Below are positions 47,162-58,098 of a DNA stretch of 58,098 nucleotides, piece by piece. A model generated the notes under the pieces. That model saw only the letters and a program-made list of their open reading frames with translations, was not told the DNA's origin and made no database searches. The stretch lies in the IMG/VR virus record IMGVR_UViG_3300033143_005075, positions 62,001 through 120,098 of that record; one strand, written 5' to 3'. The position numbers were made by a program, and so were the translations under genes. This DNA is from an uncultured virus (IMG/VR IMGVR_UViG_3300033143_005075). Its lineage: Duplodnaviria; Heunggongvirae; Uroviricota; Caudoviricetes. Positions within the stretch are counted from its first letter, which is position 1. Each line of letters starts with the position of its first letter.

Positions 47162-50101
47162 TTAGTTGCCTCTGATGTTCCTAAATAACTTACCAGTTTC
47201 TGCTATAAGATCTTGTGTCCCACCTATAATCTCACCTATAGGTTGGAACATCTTGTAGAATTTGTGTGCTAGCAGCTCTGGTATACCCTTGAAGTCCTTC
47301 TTTTGCATACCTTCCAGATTTCCGATAAATGGTTCTCCCTTATGGACTAAGCCCGATATGGTAATTGGATTCTGGTTGAAATAGAACTCACCCAGGGATG
47401 TCCAAGCTCCTTGCATCCACTTTGTATCTCCAAATACCAGAGATCCTACTTTGTTCATGATTCCAAATTTCATCATTGCTATTGGAACCGATAGGAAGAG
47501 TCCAAATCCTGCATTTATAGCACTTTGACCACGCATGCCGTCTATGATTCCTCCTGTAACATTAGTGAGATTACCCATGAGATTTTGATTGATCACAGTG
47601 GCGCCGCCAATAGAGAGATCTAAACTGAAAGTACCTTGAAGCGTAGTAAGCGCAGCTTCTAATACGTTTATCTTAGCATTGGCTGCACTTGGTGTGTTTA
47701 TGATCTTACCGAAAGCATTTGCCATCTGTGTGACACTCTTCCCATTTTTGGTTATACTAAAGAGACGATTAGCTAGGGTGGCTATCTCTTGGGCTGCCGC
47801 GGATGTCGTTTTCTTTGAGGTTCCTTTTATTAGAGAATTTGCAATGTCATCAATAATTGAAATTGCATTGCCTGGTGATTTTGCCTTTAAAATCCAGCCT
47901 GTTGCTTTCTGTAGCAGCGCAGGACTAACACCTTTGAATCCTGTTAATGCTTTGGTACCCATTGCTGCAAAGAGTTTCTTAGCGATTCCTCTCGCTAAGA
48001 AACCTCCTACTTTGCTGAGAATCTTTCCACCAAAGACGGCTAGACCAACTTGCAGTGCACCCTCACCAATCCATGCTACAGCACGCATTGCTGATGTTGA
48101 TCCACTGAAGAGCTTCTTTCCGAAATCTCTGCGCACTGTGGTATGTACATCAGGAACCACAATCGTCACTGCTCCAGTTTCTTTTGAGATTCTATGTGTT
48201 ACTTCCTTAACACCAATTAGTCCCCACATGTCATTAACATTATCATAGATTAGAATAGTATCATGAGGCCTGATACCTGGATCAAGAGTGAGTATGAGTT
48301 CTCCTCCGTAATAGTCTTTGATCAGGTTCGCAAGAATTGAGTTCCCAATGATGTACTCAAATGAATCAAACCAGAACATGTTTCTGATCATGGCATTCTT
48401 CTGGAATGTCGCATATGTTTTCACAGCAGAAGCTTCCAGTGTTGGTGATGCTGATACAGTTATATTCTTGCGCTGATTTGGCTTATCAATATTTCCTAAA
48501 GAAATATTACCAAATGTTGACCCAAAGATTGTTGTTCCTAAGTCACCTGTGACAATGGTGGCTCGTGCAATCCATCCAAGTGCTGTCTCAAAGAGGAATG
48601 ATAGATCAACACGATTGAAGCCCGACTCGAGACGTATGTCATTTTTAATGATGTCCTTTGCTGTTGTCTTCATGTGTGACTTTGAAACTGACGTGAATCC
48701 AGGACAAGCAGCAGCTAATTGCCAAGACATCATAAGGCATACCATAGGAAGAGATCTGCTAAGAACCCACGCTTCTTTTTCAAGTTTCGCATTCTTTTCA
48801 GAATGCTTACCCAATGTGTCTTTAGTACTCTGATCTATATGGAGATTCTCAATACCGAGAGATTGTTGATTCGAAAGGGCACTTGCTTCTTCAATACTCA
48901 TTCGTCCAATTTCATGGATGTCCTTGTAATATAAATTACGAGTACGGATACCTTCTACAATGAACTCAGCGCGTTGGCCATAATTAATGACTCCGATATC
49001 CATCAATGATTGTGAGATAAAATGCTTTACCATTTTATGCACTGGTCGTGTTGCATCTGTTTCATCAATGACATTACTTTGTTCTTTCCATTCTTTTTCT
49101 AGTAACTCTTTTACCATCTTGTATGCTTTATCTTCTCTTCTAGCTGATTCTTGTAATAGTTTGATATATGGATAATATCTCATTGTCGAGACAGCATTTT
49201 CAAGCGTATATTGATATACGCCATCATCTGTATCCATAACCATAGTCTCATCTTCATCAAAAGGTCTGGTCATGAAATGGTATCCGGGCTTCTGGAGAGT
49301 GAAATCTTGGAGAGCGTCCCATGATGTTTCATTATATATTAGCCATCTTCTTGGAGAAAAGAATACAGTTTGGTCATCAGTAAGATTTATGTTCGCAAGT
49401 CTGCTATCAATTATGGACATGTTCATGCCAAGTGCATTTCCTGCTGACTCAGCTAACATCGTCTTGAATCTCCTATTGATAATATTCTGATATTGAAATG
49501 CTTCTACTCTATTCCCATATAGAGATCCCAAGAATGGAGAAGCGCCCCCCAGATGTTTCATCTCTTTGTTCTGATCCAGGATATTCGAAACAAGTCCTAA
49601 GTCTGTATGTGTCCTGCTACCCAATGAAGTAAGATTCAAAAGCGATCCGAAGTCTTCGCCCGCTCCCGTTCCTATTGGTCTAGTTAATTGTGAACCCCAA
49701 CTTTGTGCTGTTATAGTTAATATATCTGACCCTTGAATTTCTGCTATCTCTCCTGAGAATACAATAGACTCTGGTCCAAGGTGTGCATTGTATCCCATTC
49801 TGATTTGTATCATGGCGCCTGGTCTTAGCATTAGGGCTGTGAAGTTCTCTTCGTCTGATGGATATGCTGCAAATGGATTTTCAACCTGAAGTCTTTCTCC
49901 TGCTACATTAGACAGTTTACCATAGAGATTTGAAACCTTGATCACAGCAACACTGGATGCTCTTTTGCGACTTGAGTTCATACTGATATCAATGACTGCA
50001 CCATAAGAATAGAAATCATTCGCAAACAGAAGTTCTTTTCCATCTTCTTCAATGATATATAGTTTGAATGTTGGCATTGATAATCCAAAGCTATTCGGCA
50101 T
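47162..50101 (-). CDS. Baseplate hub (gp27/gpD/VgrG-like) protein, possibly the C-terminal part of the upstream giant ORF
   Basis: LRPGAMIQIRMGY......VFSGEIAEI......ITAQSWG, TSWDALQ, and YGGELILTLDPGIRPHD.I...D....G...V.EVTH.IS..G.VT hub-type motifs. Confidence 0.7.
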   Translation of the reverse strand: MPNSFGLSMPTFKLYIIEEDGKELLFANDFYSYGAVIDISMNSSRKRASSVAVIKVSNLYGKLSNVAGERLQVENPFAAYPSDEENFTALMLRPGAMIQIRMGYNAHLGPESIVFSGEIAEIQGSDILTITAQSWGSQLTRPIGTGAGEDFGSLLNLTSLGSRTHTDLGLVSNILDQNKEMKHLGGASPFLGSLYGNRVEAFQYQNIINRRFKTMLAESAGNALGMNMSIIDSRLANINLTDDQTVFFSPRRWLIYNETSWDALQDFTLQKPGYHFMTRPFDEDETMVMDTDDGVYQYTLENAVSTMRYYPYIKLLQESARREDKAYKMVKELLEKEWKEQSNVIDETDATRPVHKMVKHFISQSLMDIGVINYGQRAEFIVEGIRTRNLYYKDIHEIGRMSIEEASALSNQQSLGIENLHIDQSTKDTLGKHSEKNAKLEKEAWVLSRSLPMVCLMMSWQLAAACPGFTSVSKSHMKTTAKDIIKNDIRLESGFNRVDLSFLFETALGWIARATIVTGDLGTTIFGSTFGNISLGNIDKPNQRKNITVSASPTLEASAVKTYATFQKNAMIRNMFWFDSFEYIIGNSILANLIKDYYGGELILTLDPGIRPHDTILIYDNVNDMWGLIGVKEVTHRISKETGAVTIVVPDVHTTVRRDFGKKLFSGSTSAMRAVAWIGEGALQVGLAVFGGKILSKVGGFLARGIAKKLFAAMGTKALTGFKGVSPALLQKATGWILKAKSPGNAISIIDDIANSLIKGTSKKTTSAAAQEIATLANRLFSITKNGKSVTQMANAFGKIINTPSAANAKINVLEAALTTLQGTFSLDLSIGGATVINQNLMGNLTNVTGGIIDGMRGQSAINAGFGLFLSVPIAMMKFGIMNKVGSLVFGDTKWMQGAWTSLGEFYFNQNPITISGLVHKGEPFIGNLEGMQKKDFKGIPELLAHKFYKMFQPIGEIIGGTQDLIAETGKLFRNIRGN

Positions 50102-53100
50102 TCTAGATCTAATGCTATTTTATCAACTCTATCTCTAAGCCTTTTAGTTGATAGTTGTCTATCAACTCTGTTTCTGAGCGTCATAAAGTCTTTTATAACG
50201 TTAGTAGATGATCGATAATTGCCTCCGGGTTGCGGATTCGTGAGGTGTGGATAATCTTTTAGTGAGTCAGTAAGTGTGAATAATGTATTCGATGTTGATG
50301 ATTTCTTAATGTTGAACTTTTTAGATTTCCATTTATTACCTTTCTTCTCTAGAGAATTTGACGGATCCAGATTATTTCCACCAGCTTGCATTGCTTCATA
50401 GATAAGATCTGTCCTTAAATCTATATCTTTCACGAGCTTCACGTACTTAATATCCCGTCCTCCTTTAGTTACGTCATTTCCTGTTATAAATGCTCTTCTT
50501 TTCCTTGTATCAGTTCCGATAAGCATTTCAATCGCCATCTGCCTGGCGATTCTTGTTCTTTCCAGATCTCCAGCAAAAGTGTCTTTCGTGAGTTGGTCAT
50601 CTAGACCATCTCTTAATTCAAGAAGCTTGTGTCTATATTGTGTCTCTCCGGGCTTTAAACGTTGAGCTGCTAGACCAGTCCCTGGATCATCTGCACTACT
50701 AATTGCATCTTGAGTTAGTTGTGCAGCTTGTAATGATTCATTAACGAGATCACTCATAAAGTCATATACTTTATCGACAGACTTTGGATCTTTGTAGACA
50801 AAGAAATCAGGTGTAGTAAATAATCCTAACCATGGTAGTGGTGTGTTCTTTTGTCTTCCTGTGACAAGTATAGGGAGTGGTCTGTCTCCATATGCATTAT
50901 ATGTATCATAGTACTGGGTTCCTCTTCCATCAGAACTGAGATACAGATAATCATAAAATGCTAGCGTTGATGGTGATAACAAGTGAACGATATCTTCGAA
51001 TATTATTCTGTCCGAGATACTAGCTTGAAATGTCGTAATATTAGGACTCTCAGTTAAATGTATACGATCATCTTTCTCGTCTCTTTGTCTCAATCCCAAG
51101 AACGGACTGACCATTGAGTTATGAAGTATATCAGCAAACTTGATCATCATCAGAATATCATATGGAATCTGACTTTCTGCACCAAGAATATCGGTGAGAT
51201 ATTGTTGGACTGCTCCTATGACGGATGATACAACACCAAGACCCAATCCAAGTATTCCACCAACTATTGCTCCAGGTAACCATAGCCCTGAACCTACTAG
51301 TAAAGATGCACCAACAGCTGCAAGAATACCGGTAGGGAGTGCAGTCAATCCAAGCATGCCAGCAATACTTTGTTCATTTGTGCTCCATCTTGCAAGTTTA
51401 TCAAAGTCTGAACTATTAAATGTTTCAGATGGAATAGAGAACATATCTGTATATGTATATTTTTTAGCATACGTAATTCCATTCGTAATTCTATCTATCG
51501 TAACCTTACTTTTATCAGGCTCAAAGACATGTGAGTTCTTATATGTATTGGTTCCTGCGATCGCACCAGCTAATCCATATCTAGGATCTTGTATTAGCTT
51601 TTTGAATGGTGTCAGTAGATCCTTGAACTTACCATACTCTTTCCATGTGGTTTGTCTAGTCCTAACGCTTTTGAAATAGTTATCAGTGATAATATTATTG
51701 AATCCGCGGGCCAATTCAATTCTATCGCCAATTGTTGGGCGATTACTTGAACTTCGTAGATATCTCTGAAATCTTTTTGTTCTTTTTATATAGTCATTAG
51801 TACTATGTATACCAAAGTGGTTGTATGCTTTTATGGCGTCCTCATTATTACTATCCGTTATTTCTTTTGGTGATGGGATACGTCTTTGTCCTCTTGTGCG
51901 TCTTATGTGTATGTCCTCTTGTGCATAATAATATGGCGACATAAGAAACGGAAGCTGATAAAAGTTCAGGACAGCAGATACTGTTGGAATCCATGTTCCA
52001 ACATCAGGAATAAGATTATCCCGAATCTGTGCCATTAAGTTATGAAGGACTGCTTTATCCTTAAATAGATCACCAAGACTTTTAGCATCGTTTGTGTATT
52101 TTGTGTAATAATCTTCGTCGCTATCTCCAGAGAGCATTGTGAGATATATCAATATGGTTGAAAGGAAAGTACTATGTAGTTCTTTTTCCTGAGCATCATC
52201 ATCTATATCTCTATCTGATCTACCAAGTGCATGTGACCAAAACTTTGCATATTTATTTGCATGAAGAGACGTCCAGAAAGCCTTTAGTCTTGCTGGTTCG
52301 GCTGTTGCTTGTGTCCAATTTGATCGCTTTTCTGATGTTACTCCTCCAGTTATTAAGGATCCTCCAACATTGATTAGTACATTCTCTGCTCTTCTTAGAA
52401 GATTTCTGAGAAGAGACTGAATCTGTGCTTCGGCTGTAGTTCTCGTTGGATTTTCTATGTATGTTTGGAGTATGGGGACAGTGAGCTCCTTAGCTACATA
52501 ACTAAACATGATGTCTAGTGTCTTATCGTACATATGTGTATCTGTGGCATCATGTCCATTCGCTATCGCTTGTTGTTCCATTGTGTTATATGCTTCTTCT
52601 AGATTTGCTATAAGTGCGACAATAGCGAGCTTCGCTGCGATCTTTTCACCACGAGATGAGATATTCATAATGATATCTTGAATCCCTCTAGTTTTGAGTT
52701 CTTTTTCACCTATTTGTATTACATATGATGGAACGGTACATGCATCTCTCAAGAGTAATGCTCGGTCATATTCTTGAGACACGCGGCGAGGTGTCTCTCT
52801 GTCTGACTGATGAATGTCAACACCACGCATTGCTAATCGTATTGAGAATGTATTAAACTTCTCTGGAAGACTCTGTATCTCAATATCAGTGATAACACAT
52901 CCATATAGACCTACCATATTTGCGATATTGTTCTGGATAAGCATTGGAGTATCAAGACCGCTCTTGCTAATTTGAGGTTCTTTACCATTGATAGCAGTAT
53001 TGAGCTTATTTACGAGGTGTCTTCTGTGTCGATCTCTAGTAAGTAGATTATTAAGTTGTTTATGTCTGGAACTGGATTCTTCAGTACCAGCTGGTCTTCG

Positions 53101-56100
53101 AAGTGGATTGACATTCTTGATCAGGTTATATTTCTTCATCATGATATTGAGTTCAGTTGCTGCTTCTGCAATGTTTTCTACCAAGAACATATCATCTGTG
53201 ATGAAGTCAATAGTTAGTTGGGTCGAACTTCCTCCAAGACACTGTGGGAATGGATATTCATGTCCCTCCATATATACTGGTACAATATTATTCTCTTGTG
53301 CTATTTTGAAGTTCGTAATCGTAGTCACATTAGTCTCTCTGTCTTTGGAATTCTCGATATTAATTTCTTTCCAAAAGAAGAGATCCGGTATGAAACTATC
53401 AAATAAGGTGAGAACACTACTTAGCAGTGCATCCTTCAAAATAGATACTTCACTTGATATCCTGAAATTTGGTGTTTCAAAAATATCACTTGTAATAATA
53501 GTGTGATAGACATCGCCTTCTGGTACACTATCTAATATTGCTCTATCAGTTAGTACTTGTCTTTGATTTATAATATTACCATCAACATTGCGTTTAATTA
53601 TGAATGTTGGCATGGTCTTTAACTTTACAATTGCTCTTCCATAATGATTAAATAGATTTGATAGTTCTAACACACTGTTTTCTGCTTGTGTTGTTTCTAT
53701 ATCAACATTTAAGTTTTGGAATTTGCTCTTCTCTTTTGCACTCTGATCTTTCTTATAATCTGTTACAATACCACTGAATATCCCACGAATTTCCTGCGTC
53801 AACCTATCTTGAGTTGAACTTGAATTGTTCAAAATAGTATCTATTAATTTCATTGTGATGCTTATTTTTCGTCTAACATCATCATTTACTATATTCTTAT
53901 CTCTATCCTGTTCTGCAAATCTTTTCATTCTCCACATGAGAAGGTAAAGAAGACCAGCTATATATGTACCTATGTACAAATAGCTCTGAAATCTAGGGCT
54001 GCGGCTTGGATTTCTTTGGTCAACTGCTCCGTCATTTGGATTAATCGTTCCTTGTTTATGCACAGCACGAACGATTCTATTATATGAAGCTTCTGTTGGT
54101 GGTTGATGCACAGTCACGAGTTCAGGATATTTCTTCAGTTGCTTTACTATACTTATTATTAGTTCTTTTGCTGCTATTCCATCGGCTGCGCCAGTTGATG
54201 ATGCTGTTATCGAACTATCTGTTGGAATAGTATTTCCAAGATCTTCCGCCATCTTATTGATTTTAGCACTTAATTGCCTATCTATGTATGCTTTGATATC
54301 CGCATTGTGTGGACAGTAACAGTCTGCACAATTTGTTGGATTATATAATTTGGATGTCTCTGGATCATTTGCAACGCTATTAATAAATTGCCTATATTCT
54401 GCACTGGTTCCTGGCATGAAACCTGAGATTATCTCTCGTATTCCATTTAAGACGATATCATTAATAGTTCTAAAAGCAGCACGGCTAAGTTTATCTTCTT
54501 GAGTTGCTGCAAATGTGCTCGATCTGAGACTACGGAAGAAGATTTTGATGTTGTTCCTTCTTCCTTCTTCGCCTGATTTGATATATGGCTGTAGTAATGG
54601 GAATTCTACGTGTTGTTCATATGGTTTGTGATATAAGTAACTTGGAACTCTCTCGAGTATATCAAGATACTTATCTGGATCGACATACTCTGCGAGAAGA
54701 GAAGTATAATATTTAATGAATGGTCTGGAGAGCGATAGACTATCAACTGTCAATCCTCTTTGTGCAGGATTGGAACCACCACCTGACATAACTTTTATAT
54801 CTCTAGTGACCTCGGATGATTCTATATCATCTCGTAAAATCGGAGTACCGCCATTTAGTATCTTCTCATAATATGTGATATCTTGACCTTCGTATCCTAC
54901 TATTTTATCTAGAAGATTGTTTGCTGCTGCATGGTCAAGTCTAACAAGCATTCCATTTGTGGAATTAGGATTTGGTGTATATGTAACAGCACTGGGGGTT
55001 ATTATGCTACTGTCATATAGCATTTCTTCTACAGCATTCCTATAATTAATAAAACCAATACCTTTCTCTGACATTCTTTTACAGAATGTATTGTGTACTC
55101 TATATAGTGTATTCGATGGTAATAGCGCACTTTTAATCTTCTGCACTTCTGATATAATTTTGGTTGCATCAGCATCCGAACCTAATCTTTTGTATGCTAA
55201 TCTATATGCAACTTCAGTAGTTGCAGAATATCGATGATATTCGCTAATAAGTATTTGTGCGTACTTCTTATTAATGATTGGCGGCATTACTATAAATGTA
55301 TTAGTATCAATTTCAGCCTTTGGTTTCCCAGACTTTATATCCATTGTATTAGGATTATCAGAAGTAAATGCTATATTATGTTTAGTTAATATTGTTCCCT
55401 TTCTGTCACTAACAGTAATTTCCTGTGTCTTGTTGATCGGATGCATATTACTTCTATCTATTGCATCAATAGTTAAGAATCTGATATAAGCTTCGGTCTG
55501 TCCTGATGCATAAAATCCATTATCGTATGCATTTTGGAACCGAGCCTCAAATGATTTCTGAAGATCTTTAATAAATGGCTTTGGGTCTGCAGATGTCTTT
55601 GGTAAGTTTCTCTTAATAAGAGCACCAAGATTTGTTGTAAACAATACTTCAGAATTAAGGAATAGTTTTCTGAATATCCTTTGGATTACTAATAATGGTA
55701 TTGTTGATTTATCCACCCCTGTAATAGTTACTGTTGCATCTTTTGTTCCTGTGCTGTTTTCAGATGATACACGCGCTGGCATCACAGGTGAAGTATACAT
55801 CCATTCACCAAAGACACCTCTGCTTTGCATGTTTCTGTGTTCGCTTACCCATGGCAAATCATTTATCTCTGCACTGATGCCTGATACTATGTTACTTGAT
55901 TGGTTTCTGATTTCAATCATTGTCAGGAATGGGTCAATAACATTAGTAGGGTTAATGATTGGCCAGATATCACCGTTAGTATTGAAATTCTTCCATCTCT
56001 TTGATGCATTCAACCATGCGGGTGCACGTCGTGGATCAGATGTGCTAGGAGAAAGGACTCCATTACGTGCATTTATTTGCGCTATATTAAAATTTGCCGC

Positions 56101-58024
56101 TGTAAGTTTATTCCACGACAGTTTAAATGCTTCTGTTAATTCGCGTCTGCTATATGCAGATTCAGTATATACTGATAGATCCGTACAGAACACATATGAA
56201 AGATCAGCAGTTTTTAGAGAATCTATAGGTCCCACTAATCGTTCATCTGGTAACTTGATCTTCCCTTTATCAAGATATGTATCTGATTCTCGTATCGGTA
56301 GTAATAATCCTCTGGTATACAAGAATGCTAGATAAGTATACGTTGTTGTTGTTGTGTCTCGATTAGGAGTTCTAACCAATAAGATGTACGCATCTTTATC
56401 AATAAACTCATCGTCTCCTGGATTTACGAAATATGTATTATCTTCTCTTCCAATATATAAAGGCATAGCTAATACTGAATATTTACCTAGATCAATTTTT
56501 CTATGGTTTGTTGCATTCTTGAATGATATCGTTATTGCTTTTTCTTTTGGTATAATTGTATCAACAATGGTTTTAGATCCATTTGTATCATTCTTACGAT
56601 ATTCATTTAGTCGGCAGAAATGCGTGAACCAACCAAGCTGTTCCAGTGCGGATTGTGTGTCATATAGAAATCTGATTCTGCCAGTTTCGCTTACAGGATC
56701 CAAGTCCATGACCTGGATCCTTAAGTTGAGTTCAATAGTATCAACCAGAGATGGCACTGGTGCGATTGATATTGATCGGATTGCATACATGAATTTAACT
56801 TTAGAATAGACTTCATCTCTAGCTGCTTTAAGGTCTTTTCTGTGTGCTTCTCCTTTTTGTGTGGAGAAGTCTTTTATGTTGTTGTCTGTGAGTACCTTTC
56901 TGAGAAGAGTCTGATCGACTGCAAAGTATGTTGGTAGATGTGACTGGAGCGGGATTAGCATCCTTGTGATTTCTTTGTTCCTGATCTGAGTAAATGGAAA
57001 AGCCTGGTACTGTGCTAAGATATGACGTAGTTCATAGTTGATCTGGTCTTTACCAGAAAAGATAATAGTGAGATTTGCTTCTCTATTTGATGTCTGTTTC
57101 CTTAGCGTCAATGATTCTTTTGTTCGTAGTGTGTCTGCGGTAACGACTTCTTTTCTATCTGTTAGACTGATGTTAGTAATTGGTGCGGTTATGTGAACTG
57201 CACCAATTTGAAGTATTGTTTCTTTGATCCTTTTATTATCAGCAATAATATCGTTTGTCTTGTTAGATAAATGATCCTGCATGAATTTAGTATATTTTGT
57301 TGTCCATAATTCTCTTTCATCTGATTTCATGTGGCCGATTGCTTCACGTACTGTACCACCATGATTTATAATCTGTTCAATTATTTCAGTGAGTGTTTCG
57401 TCGCTTAGTTCAGACTTCGCAAATGCTCCTGTCTTTTCTGTGAGCGTTCTGAGTTCAGGATATGGTCCTCCGCGGAGGCCGCCAGCTGGGGCTTTTCTGA
57501 GATTTGCATTTTCTTTATTAGGACAATGTTGATATGCCGGACATCTGGTACACCAATCATTGGGTTCAGTTATGATAACAGTTGGATCATTTGAATCGTT
57601 CGGAATTCCATCTGTTAAGAATTTATATGCTGCAGAAAGTCTGCTATTTACCTTGTCTCTTCTAGCAAGATAATCTGCTGGTCTTACTTCGTTTCCAACT
57701 GGAACAACAGTGGTATAGTGGGGATTCGGATCATCTGGTAAGAGGAAGAAGTCATATCGGAGAGTTGGTGCTATGCCGTCTACCTTATATAGGTCACCAA
57801 GTGCGATATCATAAACCATAACCTGTTCTGATTTCCAGCTGATTGGGCCAAACTGTTTCTTTCCAGACTTAAGATCCATAAACTGGTGGACATGTGATGC
57901 AATAGGATTACCACCGGCATCCAAGAGACGCTTCAAGATTAAGTCAATAGATCCAGTCAGTTTATATTCGCCATCTGGAGAACTGATTGTCTTATCAAAT
58001 CGCTTTTCCTTGTCTATTACTTGC
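49978..58024 (-). CDS. Giant (>2680 aa) virion/baseplate protein with N-terminal Cas4/RecB-like nuclease; 5'-truncated
   Basis: The frame stays open upstream of the tracked start 57936 as far as the 58025 repeat junction (..QVIDKEKRFDKTISSPDGEYKLTGSIDLILKR..). Tube/Dit-like segments LRHILAQYQAFPF and PFPQCLGG; Gly-rich hydrophobic hairpin near the C-terminus. Confidence 0.7.
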
Positions 58025-58098
58025 CATCTGATTTCATGTGGCCGATTGCTTCACGTACTGTACCACCATGATTTATAATCTGTTCAATTATTTCAGTG
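58025..58098. repeat. Exact 74-bp direct copy of 57318-57391 at the window end
   Basis: catctgatttcatgtggccg...tgttcaattatttcagtg is identical at both positions. Confidence 0.95.

Noticed and set aside
54310..54335. CADCYCPH as a zinc site in the giant protein
   Set aside because: An isolated short motif with no supporting domain context.
284..56809. Numerous plus-strand ORFs and short alternative-frame minus-strand ORFs in the track
   Set aside because: They lie antisense to or within well-supported genes, have no recognisable motifs and are best explained as shadow ORFs.
1..58098. Stop-codon reassignment, as in some jumbo phages
   Set aside because: Standard-code ORFs tile the window almost without gaps, and TAA, TAG and TGA all end genes directly before the next start.
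1..58098. Apparent abundance of GATC/AGATCT words
   Set aside because: May simply reflect GAT/ATC codon use in Asp/Ile-rich proteins. It needs a Markov-corrected k-mer count that I cannot run.
1..58098. tRNA, rRNA, integrase/transposase or intrinsic terminators
   Set aside because: None recognised; intergenic gaps are short and show no convincing GC hairpin with a U-tract.

Overview
A fragment of a large, probably jumbo, contractile-tailed (myovirus-like) phage genome. About 40 tightly packed genes lie on the minus strand, use the standard code and mostly have AGGAG-type RBSs. In transcription order (right to left): (i) a giant virion/baseplate-hub protein with a Cas4/RecB-like PD-(D/E)xK nuclease at its truncated N-terminus, probably continuing by a -1 frame change into a gp27/VgrG-like hub ORF; (ii) gp25-like and baseplate-J-like genes and large baseplate/arm proteins, four of them apparent paralogues; (iii) holin-like membrane proteins and a metallophosphoesterase; (iv) His/Asp-rich repetitive fibre genes carrying Mtd_N, LamG, beta-helix and NHL modules; (v) behind its own sigma70-like promoter, an operon of at least 11 glycan-building genes: six glycosyltransferases, a pyruvyltransferase, an acetyltransferase, two methyltransferases and a B12-radical SAM enzyme. 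The main hidden signal is strong enrichment of hydrophobic/small-Ser-Gly tripeptides in the fibre and outer baseplate proteins, but not in the giant hub protein or the enzymes. I propose this is the acceptor sequon of a phage-encoded virion O-glycosylation system (inference). All family calls are from motif recognition by eye; no database searches were run. The last 74 bases exactly copy an internal segment and are probably an assembly chimera.
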